A stretch of DNA of 64,000 nucleotides from an uncultured bacterium (GCA_964353855.1 CAYGWX010000008.1:1958-65957), one strand, 5' to 3'. Shown: positions 53,415 through 62,063, counted from the stretch's first letter. Made by a program: numbers and translations. The notes: generated by a model not told the origin, from the sequence alone.

Positions 53415-54821
53415 ATGAACAATCGGAGGGCGAAGGTCGTTGTCCTTCCGGCCTTGCTCCTGATGATCCTTCTCCCCTTTGGGTGCAGCCGGAGGAGAGA
53501 TGTCTTCACCAACCCCAAGTCCCCTCATGTCGCGGGATGGAACGAGGAGTTCTCACCCAACTTCCACGGCATCTTCGTGAAGCGGGACGGCGGGCCCTTT
53601 GGGTGCATCACCTGCCATGCCGTGAGCCAGACGGATTCGTCCAGCTACTGCTTCACCAATTGCCACTACGGCCCCTCGGGACGGCCCCATCCTCCGGCAT
53701 GGACGGATTCGTCCACGGCCGAGTTTCACGGGATCCGGGTGGTGAACTACGGGCTGAACACCGTGGTCAACGGCCGGACCCGGCCTTGTACGGACTGCCA
53801 TTACGTGGACAACAAGGACACGCTCTCCTGGTGCTTCCGGGCCTGCCACGACGGTCCGGTGGGCGCGAACCGGCCTCCCCGGAATCCAACGCTTCGGGGC
53901 CACCGCGAAGCCTGGAAGACGGCGGCCAATCCCCGCTCGCTCATCTTCCACGGGAACTACGTGGCCTCCGCGGGCTTCGCTTACTGCAAGGACTGCCACG
54001 GGTCCGATTTCCAGGGCGGGATCGGCCCCTCCTGCGGAAAGCCAGGCTGCCACGACTTCGGGGGCGGCTACACCTTCTTCCCGCACCCGTCATACTGGAA
54101 GACGGATTCTTCCTCTCAGGGGTTCCACGGCCGCTTCGTGCTTCAAAAGGGGAAAGGCATCTGCCAGGCCTGCCACGGAAAAGATTTCGATGGTAAATAT
54201 AACCAAAAGCCTTGTTTCCCCTGTCATGACTATCCCCATCCGGCTCCGGCCATCTATAATGACACCCTCCAGGACAGATTCCACGGAAGACAACTCTGGC
54301 GTTTCGGCAACGAAGCCTGCAAGGTCTGCCACGGGGACACCTCGACCCTGTTCCGAGGGGGACGGGTGAATGTGGGCTGTCTCACTCTCGCCTGCCATCC
54401 CGGGGGGTCGGCCCATGGTCTGCCAGGACCCTCCACGCGTTGGAAACAAGGGCCCCGGACCAATCCTCTCTGGCATGGGAATCAAGTGGGGCGGGATGGC
54501 TTTGCAGCCTGTCGTACCTGCCATGGAGCCAATTTCGATTATAGCGCGCAAGGCTTAGGGCATGGATGCGCATACTTCAACCCTCCCTGCCACGAGCAAT
54601 ACCAGTTTAAACAATACGGGATCAGTCCCCATGAAACACGGGCCTGGAACAGAGGGGATACCCTTCCTCCGCCTCAGGATACGACCCATGCCTGGTGGGT
54701 CAACGCAGTCCGGCACCACACTTATACCGATTGCACCTATTGCCACTTCTCCGCGACCCACTACTGGCGCGACGGAACCCAGGTGTCCAGTTGCCAACCC
54801 TCCTGTTGCCACGGATTTTGA
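53415..54821 (+). CDS. Multiheme c-type cytochrome lipoprotein, up to 14 hemes in 7 diheme repeats
   Basis: Lipobox LLPFGC; 8 CX2CH plus CFTNCH, CFRACH, CGKPGCH, CLTLACH, CAYFNPPCH and CQPSCCH. Confidence 0.88.
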   Translation: MNNRRAKVVVLPALLLMILLPFGCSRRRDVFTNPKSPHVAGWNEEFSPNFHGIFVKRDGGPFGCITCHAVSQTDSSSYCFTNCHYGPSGRPHPPAWTDSSTAEFHGIRVVNYGLNTVVNGRTRPCTDCHYVDNKDTLSWCFRACHDGPVGANRPPRNPTLRGHREAWKTAANPRSLIFHGNYVASAGFAYCKDCHGSDFQGGIGPSCGKPGCHDFGGGYTFFPHPSYWKTDSSSQGFHGRFVLQKGKGICQACHGKDFDGKYNQKPCFPCHDYPHPAPAIYNDTLQDRFHGRQLWRFGNEACKVCHGDTSTLFRGGRVNVGCLTLACHPGGSAHGLPGPSTRWKQGPRTNPLWHGNQVGRDGFAACRTCHGANFDYSAQGLGHGCAYFNPPCHEQYQFKQYGISPHETRAWNRGDTLPPPQDTTHAWWVNAVRHHTYTDCTYCHFSATHYWRDGTQVSSCQPSCCHGF

Positions 54822-54990
54822 TAGGCGCATTCCCACTCTGGCAACTATCCCTGGCCTGGCTCCAACACTGATTCCCCTCCCCGGTCTGTAAAGGCTTTCG
54901 GGGAGGGGAAATGGGGGTCTTCTGCGCTTTCTTAAACCATTTACAGACCTCTCCTTGGTAACGATGTCTTGGTGCACCAACCGAAGCCAC

Positions 54991-55019
54991 TTGACAAATC
55001 CTGGTATTTGTGTTACTAT
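54991..55019 (+). promoter_or_regulatory. Sigma-70-like promoter upstream of the AraC-like gene
   Basis: TTGACA-17 bp-TACTAT. Confidence 0.7.
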
Positions 55020-55183
55020 ATTGAGATGATTTACTAAGATAATTACTTGATTTCCGGTCGGGTAGATGACCCAGTCGAGGAAGGTAACATAGAGAGGTCT
55101 TGTGTAAGGGGCTAAGTTGAAGACCGTGACAAGGTGGTCTCAGAGGATGGTCAGGGAGGAGGGTACTCTTTCTCTGGGCCTTT

Positions 55184-55678
55184 TTGTCTTTTGGGGCAGT
55201 CGCCTTGAATTTAATTCAGGGTCGGTGCTTCTTTTTATTCTTGAGAGGGCCTTTGGTTAACAGGAAATCAGGAGAGACTCCGAAGGGAGAGACGAAGCCC
55301 AAGGAGGTTTCCTGGAAGCTCCGCTGGGCGTTCACCCAGGCCGAGGAGATGGAACTGAGGGACCTCTGTCTGGAGAAACTATCCGCTGAGGCCGGACTCT
55401 CCAAATGTTACCTCTCGCGGAACTTCCCGCTCATCGCAGGCTACTCCTTTGAGGAGTATCGGAAGAACCGGCGCATCACCGAGACCAAGAGGTTGCTCAC
55501 CGAGACACCCATGTTCCTGGAGCAAATCGCCTTCGCTCTCGGTTTCGCCCGCTTGGAGGATTTCACCATTTTTGGGGAGGAGACGACGGGGTACAAGCCG
55601 AAAGCCTTCCGGGACTACTACGTGGCGAATGGGAGGTTCCCGCCTGACAAGGGGGGTGCAACAAAACCGCTAAAATAG
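55184..55678 (+). CDS. Stand-alone AraC-type HTH protein (start uncertain)
   Basis: LEKLSAEAGLSKCYLSRNF...GYSFEEY...RITETKRLL.ET...LEQIAFALGF......F...TGYKPKAFR. Confidence 0.75.
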   Translation: MSFGAVALNLIQGRCFFLFLRGPLVNRKSGETPKGETKPKEVSWKLRWAFTQAEEMELRDLCLEKLSAEAGLSKCYLSRNFPLIAGYSFEEYRKNRRITETKRLLTETPMFLEQIAFALGFARLEDFTIFGEETTGYKPKAFRDYYVANGRFPPDKGGATKPLK

Positions 55679-55701
55679 CATTAAAACCGCACTTTTCGCA
55701 A

Positions 55702-55730
55702 TTGACTTCGCCCGCGGTTTGGGGTACAAT
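55702..55730 (+). promoter_or_regulatory. Sigma-70-like promoter
   Basis: TTGACT-17 bp-TACAAT. Confidence 0.7.
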
Positions 55731-55808
55731 TGCCTGGTTGCGGGCGGGGCGATTTCTCGGCCTCAGCCTTAACTGCACCCTGTTGTTTAATTAAAGGAGG
55801 ATCAGAAA

Positions 55809-57254
55809 ATGAAGAAGACGTTAGTGGTAGTCTTAATGTGCGGAGCCCTCTTGCTCCTTGCGGTTACCTCCCTTTTCGCCCAGTGGCAGCCCGATCAGTG
55901 GTTAGCCAACGGTCCAAACGTCTCTGGCTGCAATGCTTGGTGGATCGGCAGCGTAAACAATTACGTCCATGCCGTTTATACCTTAATCGGCCCCACCAGT
56001 AATAGTGTTGCCTATCGGAGATCCACCAATGGCGGAGTGAATTGGCTTTCCGAAGTAACGCTGTGGCCTTCGGAGAACGCCTTACCTCCTTTCCCTTCTG
56101 TGGTTCCAGACTTTCAAAGAGTTCATGTCGTGGCATACTATATAACCGTTACTAATCCGGATAATAGTAATTTTTACTACCGCCGCTCTCCGGATCAAGG
56201 TGCTTCCTGGGAAAATGCGCAAATTGTGATTCCAGGGCCTTACGCTAATCCACCTCCTTGCGCTGCGGAATCCAATGGCAAGGTTCATGCCGTAGGCTGT
56301 GTGGGGCAAAGCACGACTTACATTTATTACAATCGCTCCATTGATTCAGGAACAACCTGGGGTACGGCGATTTCTCTTAACGCTGGTTCGGGACCAACCA
56401 TTGCTGCACAAGACCCCAGAGTCCACTTGGCTTATTTAGGTGCCGATGGGCTTTACTATCGGCGCTCTCTGGATAATGGGGTAACCTGGCAGCCGCCAGT
56501 CAAACTTTTCAGTTACCCCTGGCCTTGCGATTACCCCTCCATTAGGGCCCGTAATTTAAACGTCTATATCGCTTGCAGTCGTTACGAAAGCACAAGCGGT
56601 CATGACCAAATCTTCGTTCTCCAATCCAACAATGGTGGCGCATCATGGGGGTCGCCCGTTCAAGTCACAAATAACCCTTACGATTCCAGGTATCCAAACC
56701 TTGCTGTTTCCGGAAACTTTCTCCATATGACTTGGTGCCTGGATAACGCTAACGGCCATAACCTTTACTATTCCCGCAGGGCCCTTGCTCCGGGTTCGCC
56801 GTGGGTTCCATTCACGCAGTTAACCTCGGACAATGGCGCTTATTACCCTTCTACTTCGGTCGGAGGTGGAAGGGTAGATGTAGACTGGAACGATTGGGGT
56901 TCTCAACTATTGTACAAACGCAATCCCACGGGCGATCAAAGTGGTGGAGGCATTACTGACGGCGGCTCGCGTTGGCCAGCGGACAGCACCTCCGCTACTT
57001 CTGCAGTCGAAGAATCTCCTCCGATTAAAGTTCAGGGCTTGCCTGACACTTACGAGATTTCTCCCAATCCCTTTGTCTACTCAGCCTCGATCCCAGGCCA
57101 CGAGGCCGAGCGCTTTGTCCTTTACGATGTTTCCGGTAGACAGGTGGGAAATTATCAGGGTAACCGAATCGGGTCCGATGTTCGTCCAGGGGTTTACTTC
57201 CTCAAGGTGGAAGCCAAGAACTCCACACTGTTGCGGATTGTAAAGCTGAGATAG
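55809..57254 (+). CDS. Secreted BNR/Asp-box (sialidase-like) propeller with short T9SS-like tail
   Basis: AAAGGAGG RBS, signal peptide, five S.D/N.G..W Asp-boxes; tail PNPF..SASIPGHEAERF.LYDVSGR..GVYFL..RIVKLR; lower GC. Confidence 0.88.
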   Translation: MKKTLVVVLMCGALLLLAVTSLFAQWQPDQWLANGPNVSGCNAWWIGSVNNYVHAVYTLIGPTSNSVAYRRSTNGGVNWLSEVTLWPSENALPPFPSVVPDFQRVHVVAYYITVTNPDNSNFYYRRSPDQGASWENAQIVIPGPYANPPPCAAESNGKVHAVGCVGQSTTYIYYNRSIDSGTTWGTAISLNAGSGPTIAAQDPRVHLAYLGADGLYYRRSLDNGVTWQPPVKLFSYPWPCDYPSIRARNLNVYIACSRYESTSGHDQIFVLQSNNGGASWGSPVQVTNNPYDSRYPNLAVSGNFLHMTWCLDNANGHNLYYSRRALAPGSPWVPFTQLTSDNGAYYPSTSVGGGRVDVDWNDWGSQLLYKRNPTGDQSGGGITDGGSRWPADSTSATSAVEESPPIKVQGLPDTYEISPNPFVYSASIPGHEAERFVLYDVSGRQVGNYQGNRIGSDVRPGVYFLKVEAKNSTLLRIVKLR

Positions 57255-57279
57255 TTAGGCAATCCATCGTCAGTATCCT

Positions 57280-57313
57280 AAAGAAAGGGCGATCTTTGGA
57301 TCGCCCTTTCTTT
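57280..57313. terminator. Bidirectional intrinsic terminator
   Basis: AAAGAAAGGGCGATC / GATCGCCCTTTCTTT. Confidence 0.8.
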
Positions 57314-57326
57314 TTGTTTACTTGTA

Positions 57327-57563
57327 GTGTCTGAGGCCTCCAGTCCGCGTTCCGTAGTTTTAAAATACGGAATCAGTCCCCACCACGACACCCGGGCTTG
57401 GGCCAGCGGCGATACCCTCCCACCGGCCGGGGATACGACCCATGCCTGGTGGGTCAACGTGGTCCGGGGACGGGATTCAACCGATTGCTCCTATTGCCAT
57501 TACGCGCCGAATCATTACTGGAGGGACGGAACGCTGGTGACCGTCTGCCAGTACTGCCACTGA
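57327..57563 (+). pseudogene. Orphan copy of the last diheme repeat of the 53415-54821 cytochrome (fragment or small ORF)
   Basis: KYGISPHHDTRAWASGDTLPPAGDTTHAWWVN...DCSYCH...HYWRDGT...CQYCH*; 29-bp exact match 57431-57459 = 54677-54705; no signal peptide. Confidence 0.8.
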
Positions 57564-57627
57564 TCCGGCCCGGAGAAGGATAAAGGACCCCGTTATCCCG
57601 GTGGAGGGGAAAAACCATATCCTCCTC

Positions 57628-57656
57628 TTGACAAAACGTCGTCAATAGGGTACAAT
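57628..57656 (+). promoter_or_regulatory. Sigma-70-like promoter
   Basis: TTGACA-17 bp-TACAAT. Confidence 0.75.
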
Positions 57657-57707
57657 TATCACGTTCAAAAGAGAATGGGCATGGGGAAGTTTAAAAAGGA
57701 GGAAGAC

Positions 57708-58514
57708 ATGAAGAAAGGCTTATCATTCCTTTTGGCCCTGGGCCTGGTTTTGGTCCTCGCCGGCCCGCTCACCGCGCACGTGTGGCTGCTCGGCTTTTCC
57801 GGAGCCCCGGGGACATACGGAGTCTGCAGCAGAACCTGCCACTGCTATCCCGGCGGAACGCTGAGCGTGAATGGCTTTCCGGATCATTACAGTCCCGGCC
57901 AGACCTATACCATCAGCGTGACCCACATCGGGGGGGACTCCATCGAGAATTTCAATTGCTCCGTCCGGATCGGGCAAGGGGCAGAGAATGCCGGACTTCT
58001 GCAAGCCGGATACCTCACCGAGACTACCTTCGACAGCGTGGAGACCAACGGGGTTCACGCCCTCGCCCGGTGCGACAGCTGCGATTTCCTCTGGACCGCC
58101 CCGCCGGTGGGCACGGACACGGTCCGGCTCTATTTCGGGGGGATGCAAGGCATCGAGGGGGAATGGGGCCGGAATACGGAGTATATATTGACCGCGCCGG
58201 AGTTCACCGGAGTAGAAGAGCAGGCAGGCCTTCAGCCGAAAAGCGAATCCTTCGACCTGCGCCTGGCGGGCGCGAACCCGGCCCGGAACGGGGTTGCCCT
58301 GGCCTACCGCCTGGACGGCAAGGGGCCGGCGCAGCTCAGGGTCTACGACCTCGCCGGACGGCTGGTGAGGTCCTTCACGGTCAGAGGCAGCTCGGGGATC
58401 CTGCGATGGGACGGTCGCGACGCCCGGGGGGCGCTATCGGCCCCAGGAGTCTACCTGTTGCGTCTGGAGCAGGGGAACCGCTCCTCCACCGGGAAGGCTG
58501 TGCTGATCCGATAA
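57708..58514 (+). CDS. Secreted Reeler-like / choice-of-anchor V-like protein with FlgD/T9SS-type tail
   Basis: AAGGAGG RBS, signal peptide, GFSGAPGTYGVCSRTCH, YSPGQTYTISV, FLWTAP, VRLY; tail YDLAGRLV..WDGRD..GVY. Confidence 0.75.
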   Translation: MKKGLSFLLALGLVLVLAGPLTAHVWLLGFSGAPGTYGVCSRTCHCYPGGTLSVNGFPDHYSPGQTYTISVTHIGGDSIENFNCSVRIGQGAENAGLLQAGYLTETTFDSVETNGVHALARCDSCDFLWTAPPVGTDTVRLYFGGMQGIEGEWGRNTEYILTAPEFTGVEEQAGLQPKSESFDLRLAGANPARNGVALAYRLDGKGPAQLRVYDLAGRLVRSFTVRGSSGILRWDGRDARGALSAPGVYLLRLEQGNRSSTGKAVLIR

Positions 58515-58534
58515 ATCCCAAATCCTTAATCTCG

Positions 58535-58561
58535 AGGGCTGCGAACAGCAGCCCTTTTTTA
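58535..58561 (+). terminator. Intrinsic terminator
   Basis: AGGGCTGC / GCAGCCCT followed by a T run. Confidence 0.75.
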
Positions 58562-58586
58562 TTTTGGCTGAGGATAACAATCAAGA

Positions 58587-58615
58587 TTGACAAATCGTAG
58601 TGTTTATGATAAAAT
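58587..58615 (+). promoter_or_regulatory. Sigma-70-like promoter
   Basis: TTGACA-17 bp-(TGn)TAAAAT. Confidence 0.75.
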
Positions 58616-58801
58616 ATCTTTCTTAAAACGATCGGACAAAGGGGACTTAAAAAGGGGAAAGCCATGGTTAAAAGTTACTCATTCCTTTTGGCCTTGGGCC
58701 TGGTTGAAGCCTTGGCTGACCCAGCGGAACAATTTGCGTTGCCTGTTTTCCCGTCCGCTACCAGTAAAGCCTTGTTGATCCATAAGAAGGAAGATGCAAA
58801 C

Positions 58802-59599
58802 ATGAAGAAAGACATAGTGCTCATTTCGATTTTGATGCTAACTTGGGCGGCATCGCTCGGGGCCTATACTTTCACGACCGGTTTTTCCGGAGCTCCCGGA
58901 AGTTACGGGCTCTGCGCCAGCACCTGTCACGGCGTACCCGGGGGCACGATTACCATAACCGGCTTCCCGGCAAGGTACCGGCCCGGACAAACATATACTG
59001 TCAAAATTTACGGGGATTCCATTAGGCAGTTTAACGGCTCCTGCCGGGTGGGCACGGACACCCTGAACGCAGGGACGATTACCGCGGACTACAACACCGA
59101 GGTCTACAACGTGTTCGGTGAGACCAACGGCATTCACCTCCTGGTGCCTTCCAGCGACAGCGGGGCGTTCCTCTGGACTGCCCCCGACCCCGGCGTGGAC
59201 ACGGTACGGCTCTTCATCGCGGGCGAGCAGGGCATCATGTCCTTCGGCCCGAACACGGAGTTAGTTTTTGTATCCGCCCAGGCCACAGGGGTAGAGGAGC
59301 AAGGCCAGGAAGGCATGAAGGATAGAAGGATGTGGACCAGGGTCACGCCGAATCCCTTCCAAAAGCAATGCGCGATCACCTATGGGCCTCTTGCGGGTGG
59401 CCCGGCCAGGCTTTCTGTCTTTGATTACAGGGGGCATGTGGTAAGGGTTCTCACGACCTACTCCTCTCGCCTTTCACCTCACACATTCATATGGGATGGC
59501 CGGGATGTTTCGGGCCGACGGGTCCCTCAGGGCGTCTACCTCTTCCGCTTGGAACAGGGGAACCGCTCCTCCACCGGGAAGGCTGTGCTGATCCGATAG
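58802..59599 (+). CDS. Second Reeler-like / choice-of-anchor V-like protein with FlgD/T9SS-type tail (in-frame upstream ATG at 58664)
   Basis: Signal peptide from 58802; GFSGAPGSYGLCASTCH, YRPGQTYTV, FLWTAP; same terminal LEQGNRSSTGKAVLIR as its paralog. Confidence 0.75.
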   Translation: MKKDIVLISILMLTWAASLGAYTFTTGFSGAPGSYGLCASTCHGVPGGTITITGFPARYRPGQTYTVKIYGDSIRQFNGSCRVGTDTLNAGTITADYNTEVYNVFGETNGIHLLVPSSDSGAFLWTAPDPGVDTVRLFIAGEQGIMSFGPNTELVFVSAQATGVEEQGQEGMKDRRMWTRVTPNPFQKQCAITYGPLAGGPARLSVFDYRGHVVRVLTTYSSRLSPHTFIWDGRDVSGRRVPQGVYLFRLEQGNRSSTGKAVLIR

Positions 59600-59612
59600 G
59601 CTCAAGCATTCC

Positions 59613-59642
59613 AAGAGAGGCCGCCTTTGGGCGGCCTCTCTT
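59613..59642 (+). terminator. Intrinsic terminator hairpin
   Basis: AAGAGAGGCCGCC / GGCGGCCTCTCTT. Confidence 0.7.
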
Positions 59643-59804
59643 CATTCTTCCTTTTAGACAAAATTCCCGTTATATATTTTAGGGTTATTTCACTACCAAG
59701 AGGGCTCCTTGAACGGTGATTCTCCATTGGAAAATGGAACAACTTCGGGCATTTTCGCCAGCGGGGCGGCCTCCGGGCCGCCTCGTGCTTTTCCCTCTCA
59801 GGGG

Positions 59805-59834
59805 TTGACAAACTCCCGGGGCGTGGGATATAGT
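59805..59834 (+). promoter_or_regulatory. Sigma-70-like promoter for rel (probably leaderless)
   Basis: TTGACA-18 bp-TATAGT; ATG at 59841. Confidence 0.6.
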
Positions 59835-59840
59835 AATTGG

Positions 59841-61982
59841 ATGCCTGCGAATGAGATGATCAATGACAGGACCGTTGCTTCACCGTTTCTGGGCAAGGTG
59901 GAGGGAGAGAAGGGAAGGCTGGATGTCGCCTTGATTCGGAAGGCCCACGCCTTTGCCCGGGAGGCGCACCAGGGGCAGTTAAGGCGTTCCGGGGAGCCCT
60001 ACTTCGTGCACTGCGAGGCTGTGGCGGATATCCTCCTGGACCTTCGCCTGGATTCGGGGACCCTTACCGGAGGCCTGCTCCACGATGTCCTGGAGGATAC
60101 CGAGGCGGGCTTCGGGACTCTGAAAAAGGAGTTCGGGCCTGAGATCGCGGACCTGGTCGGGGGGGTCACCAAGATCAGCGGGCTCAAGCAGGCCGATCTC
60201 GAGGACCAGGGTGCGGAGAACTATCGCAAGATGCTCCTGGCCGTGACCGGGGACCTCCGGATCCTCCTGATCAAGCTGGCCGACCGCCTGCACAACATGA
60301 GGACCCTCGAGCATCTCGAACCCGAGAAGCAGCGCCGGATCGCCCAGGAGACTCAGGCGGTCTACGCCCCCCTGGCCCACCGCATCGGGATGGCCAAGAT
60401 AGAATGGGAATTGGAGGACCTGTCCTTCCGTTACCTGGAGCCCGAGGCCTACGCCCACCTGGCCCAGGCGGTTGAGTCCGGGAGAACGGAGTACGAGCGG
60501 TATATTCAGGACTTCTCCGGGCATCTGGAAACGCGGCTCCGGGACGAGGACATCCCGGCGCAGGTCACCGGGAGGCTCAAGCATCTGGCCAGCATCCACC
60601 GCAAGATGATCGCCCGAGGGAAGCCCTTGGAGGAGATCTACGATCTCATGGCCTTCCGGGTCATCGTCCAGGAGGTCCGGGATTGCTACCACGCCCTGGG
60701 GGCGGTGCACAGCCTCTTCCTGCCCGTGGTGGATCGGATCAAGGATTACATCGCCACGCCCAAATCCAACCTGTACCAGGCCCTGCACACCACGGTCATC
60801 GGCCCCGGGGAACGCTGGGTTGAGATCCAGATCCGCACCCGGAAAATGGACTGGGTCGCCGAGGATGGGATTGCGGCGCACTGGGAATACAAGCTGGAAG
60901 GTCCCTCCGGGCCGCGCATCGTTCCGGATGAACGCGAGCAGGTGGCTTATCTCAAGCGCACCCTGGCCTGGGTCCAGGACCAGCTCGACCCCAGGGAGTT
61001 CATGGACCTCCTGAAAGTGGACCTATACCGGGGCGAGGTCTTCGCCTTCACCCCCAAAGGGGCCCTGAAGCACCTGCCCCGGGGTGCGACCTGCCTGGAC
61101 TTTGCTTTCGCCGTGCACAGCGATATCGGAATGCGCACGACTGGGGTAAAGATGAACGGCAACATGGTTTCGCTCTCCCGCGAGCTCCAGAACGGGGATG
61201 TGGTCGAAATCCTGACCGCCAAGAGCCACCATCCCTCCCGGGACTGGCTGAAACTGGTGAAGACCTCCAAGGCCAGGATCCACCTTAAGCAACACTTCCG
61301 CGCCCTGGACCGTCTAAGGAATATCGAGCAGGGCAGGGACCTGCTCGCCCGGGAGGCGAGAAAGGTTGGTTTCACCCTGCCGGACCCTGAGGAGCTCGGA
61401 AAAGTCGCCCGGGACCTGGAATTCCCGATGCTCGAGGACCTCTGGGCCGGGCTCGGAGCAGGAGACCTTACTGCGGCCAGGGTTTTGAGGCGCCTTCTCC
61501 CGAAGGAGGCGGGGGCCGAAAAGGATAAACCCATCAAGATGATGGATTCGGGGGTGAAGGTGGACGGCCTCCGGAGGGTGTGGGCCACGTTCGCCAAATG
61601 CTGTCAGCCCCTGCCGGGAGAGAACGTCGCAGGGACCCTATCTCGCTCCCGGGGGATCGTGGTTCACCGGGAGGATTGCCCCTCCCTCAAGCAGGCCCGG
61701 GCCCAGGTCAGGGTGGAGTGGGACGGGGAATATAGTCGCAGATATCCGGTCATCGTGACCCTCGAGGCCAGGGACCATCTGGGCCTTCTGACCGAGATCT
61801 CCAAGACGATTTCCGAGATGAACCTGAATCTTCGCAAAGTGGATATAGACTCCGGGGTCGGAAGGGCCGCGGGGAGTTTCGTGCTGGAGGTGGAAAGCCT
61901 CTCAGGCCTGGAGCGTACCCTGGAGCGGCTTCGAAAGCTGCCGGGCGTCCTGCGCGTGGAGCGCAAGCAAAAAAGACGTTGA
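59841..61982 (+). CDS. rel: Long RSH bifunctional (p)ppGpp synthetase/hydrolase (HD-SYNTH-TGS-ACT)
   Basis: GEPYFVHC, LLHDVLED, IKLADRLHNMRTL, GRLKHLASIHRKM, DYIATPKSNLYQALHT, EIQIRT, FTPKG, DFAFAVHS; C-terminal ACT. Confidence 0.96.
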   Translation: MPANEMINDRTVASPFLGKVEGEKGRLDVALIRKAHAFAREAHQGQLRRSGEPYFVHCEAVADILLDLRLDSGTLTGGLLHDVLEDTEAGFGTLKKEFGPEIADLVGGVTKISGLKQADLEDQGAENYRKMLLAVTGDLRILLIKLADRLHNMRTLEHLEPEKQRRIAQETQAVYAPLAHRIGMAKIEWELEDLSFRYLEPEAYAHLAQAVESGRTEYERYIQDFSGHLETRLRDEDIPAQVTGRLKHLASIHRKMIARGKPLEEIYDLMAFRVIVQEVRDCYHALGAVHSLFLPVVDRIKDYIATPKSNLYQALHTTVIGPGERWVEIQIRTRKMDWVAEDGIAAHWEYKLEGPSGPRIVPDEREQVAYLKRTLAWVQDQLDPREFMDLLKVDLYRGEVFAFTPKGALKHLPRGATCLDFAFAVHSDIGMRTTGVKMNGNMVSLSRELQNGDVVEILTAKSHHPSRDWLKLVKTSKARIHLKQHFRALDRLRNIEQGRDLLAREARKVGFTLPDPEELGKVARDLEFPMLEDLWAGLGAGDLTAARVLRRLLPKEAGAEKDKPIKMMDSGVKVDGLRRVWATFAKCCQPLPGENVAGTLSRSRGIVVHREDCPSLKQARAQVRVEWDGEYSRRYPVIVTLEARDHLGLLTEISKTISEMNLNLRKVDIDSGVGRAAGSFVLEVESLSGLERTLERLRKLPGVLRVERKQKRR

Positions 61983-62063
61983 AATAAAACCCGGAGTATG
62001 ATATGATAGTTAGTTTAGAAAATAGGTGTTGAACCAACTACGTCTCGAAAGGAGGAACCTCAG

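Noticed and set aside
54610-57563. Diversity-generating retroelement (VR/TR pair) from the cytochrome tail and its copy
   Set aside because: Differences are not adenine-specific and include indels; no reverse transcriptase in the window
59709-59840. N-terminal extension of Rel from TTG 59709
   Set aside because: Contains a TTGACA/TATAGT promoter and non-conserved-looking sequence; start moved to 59841
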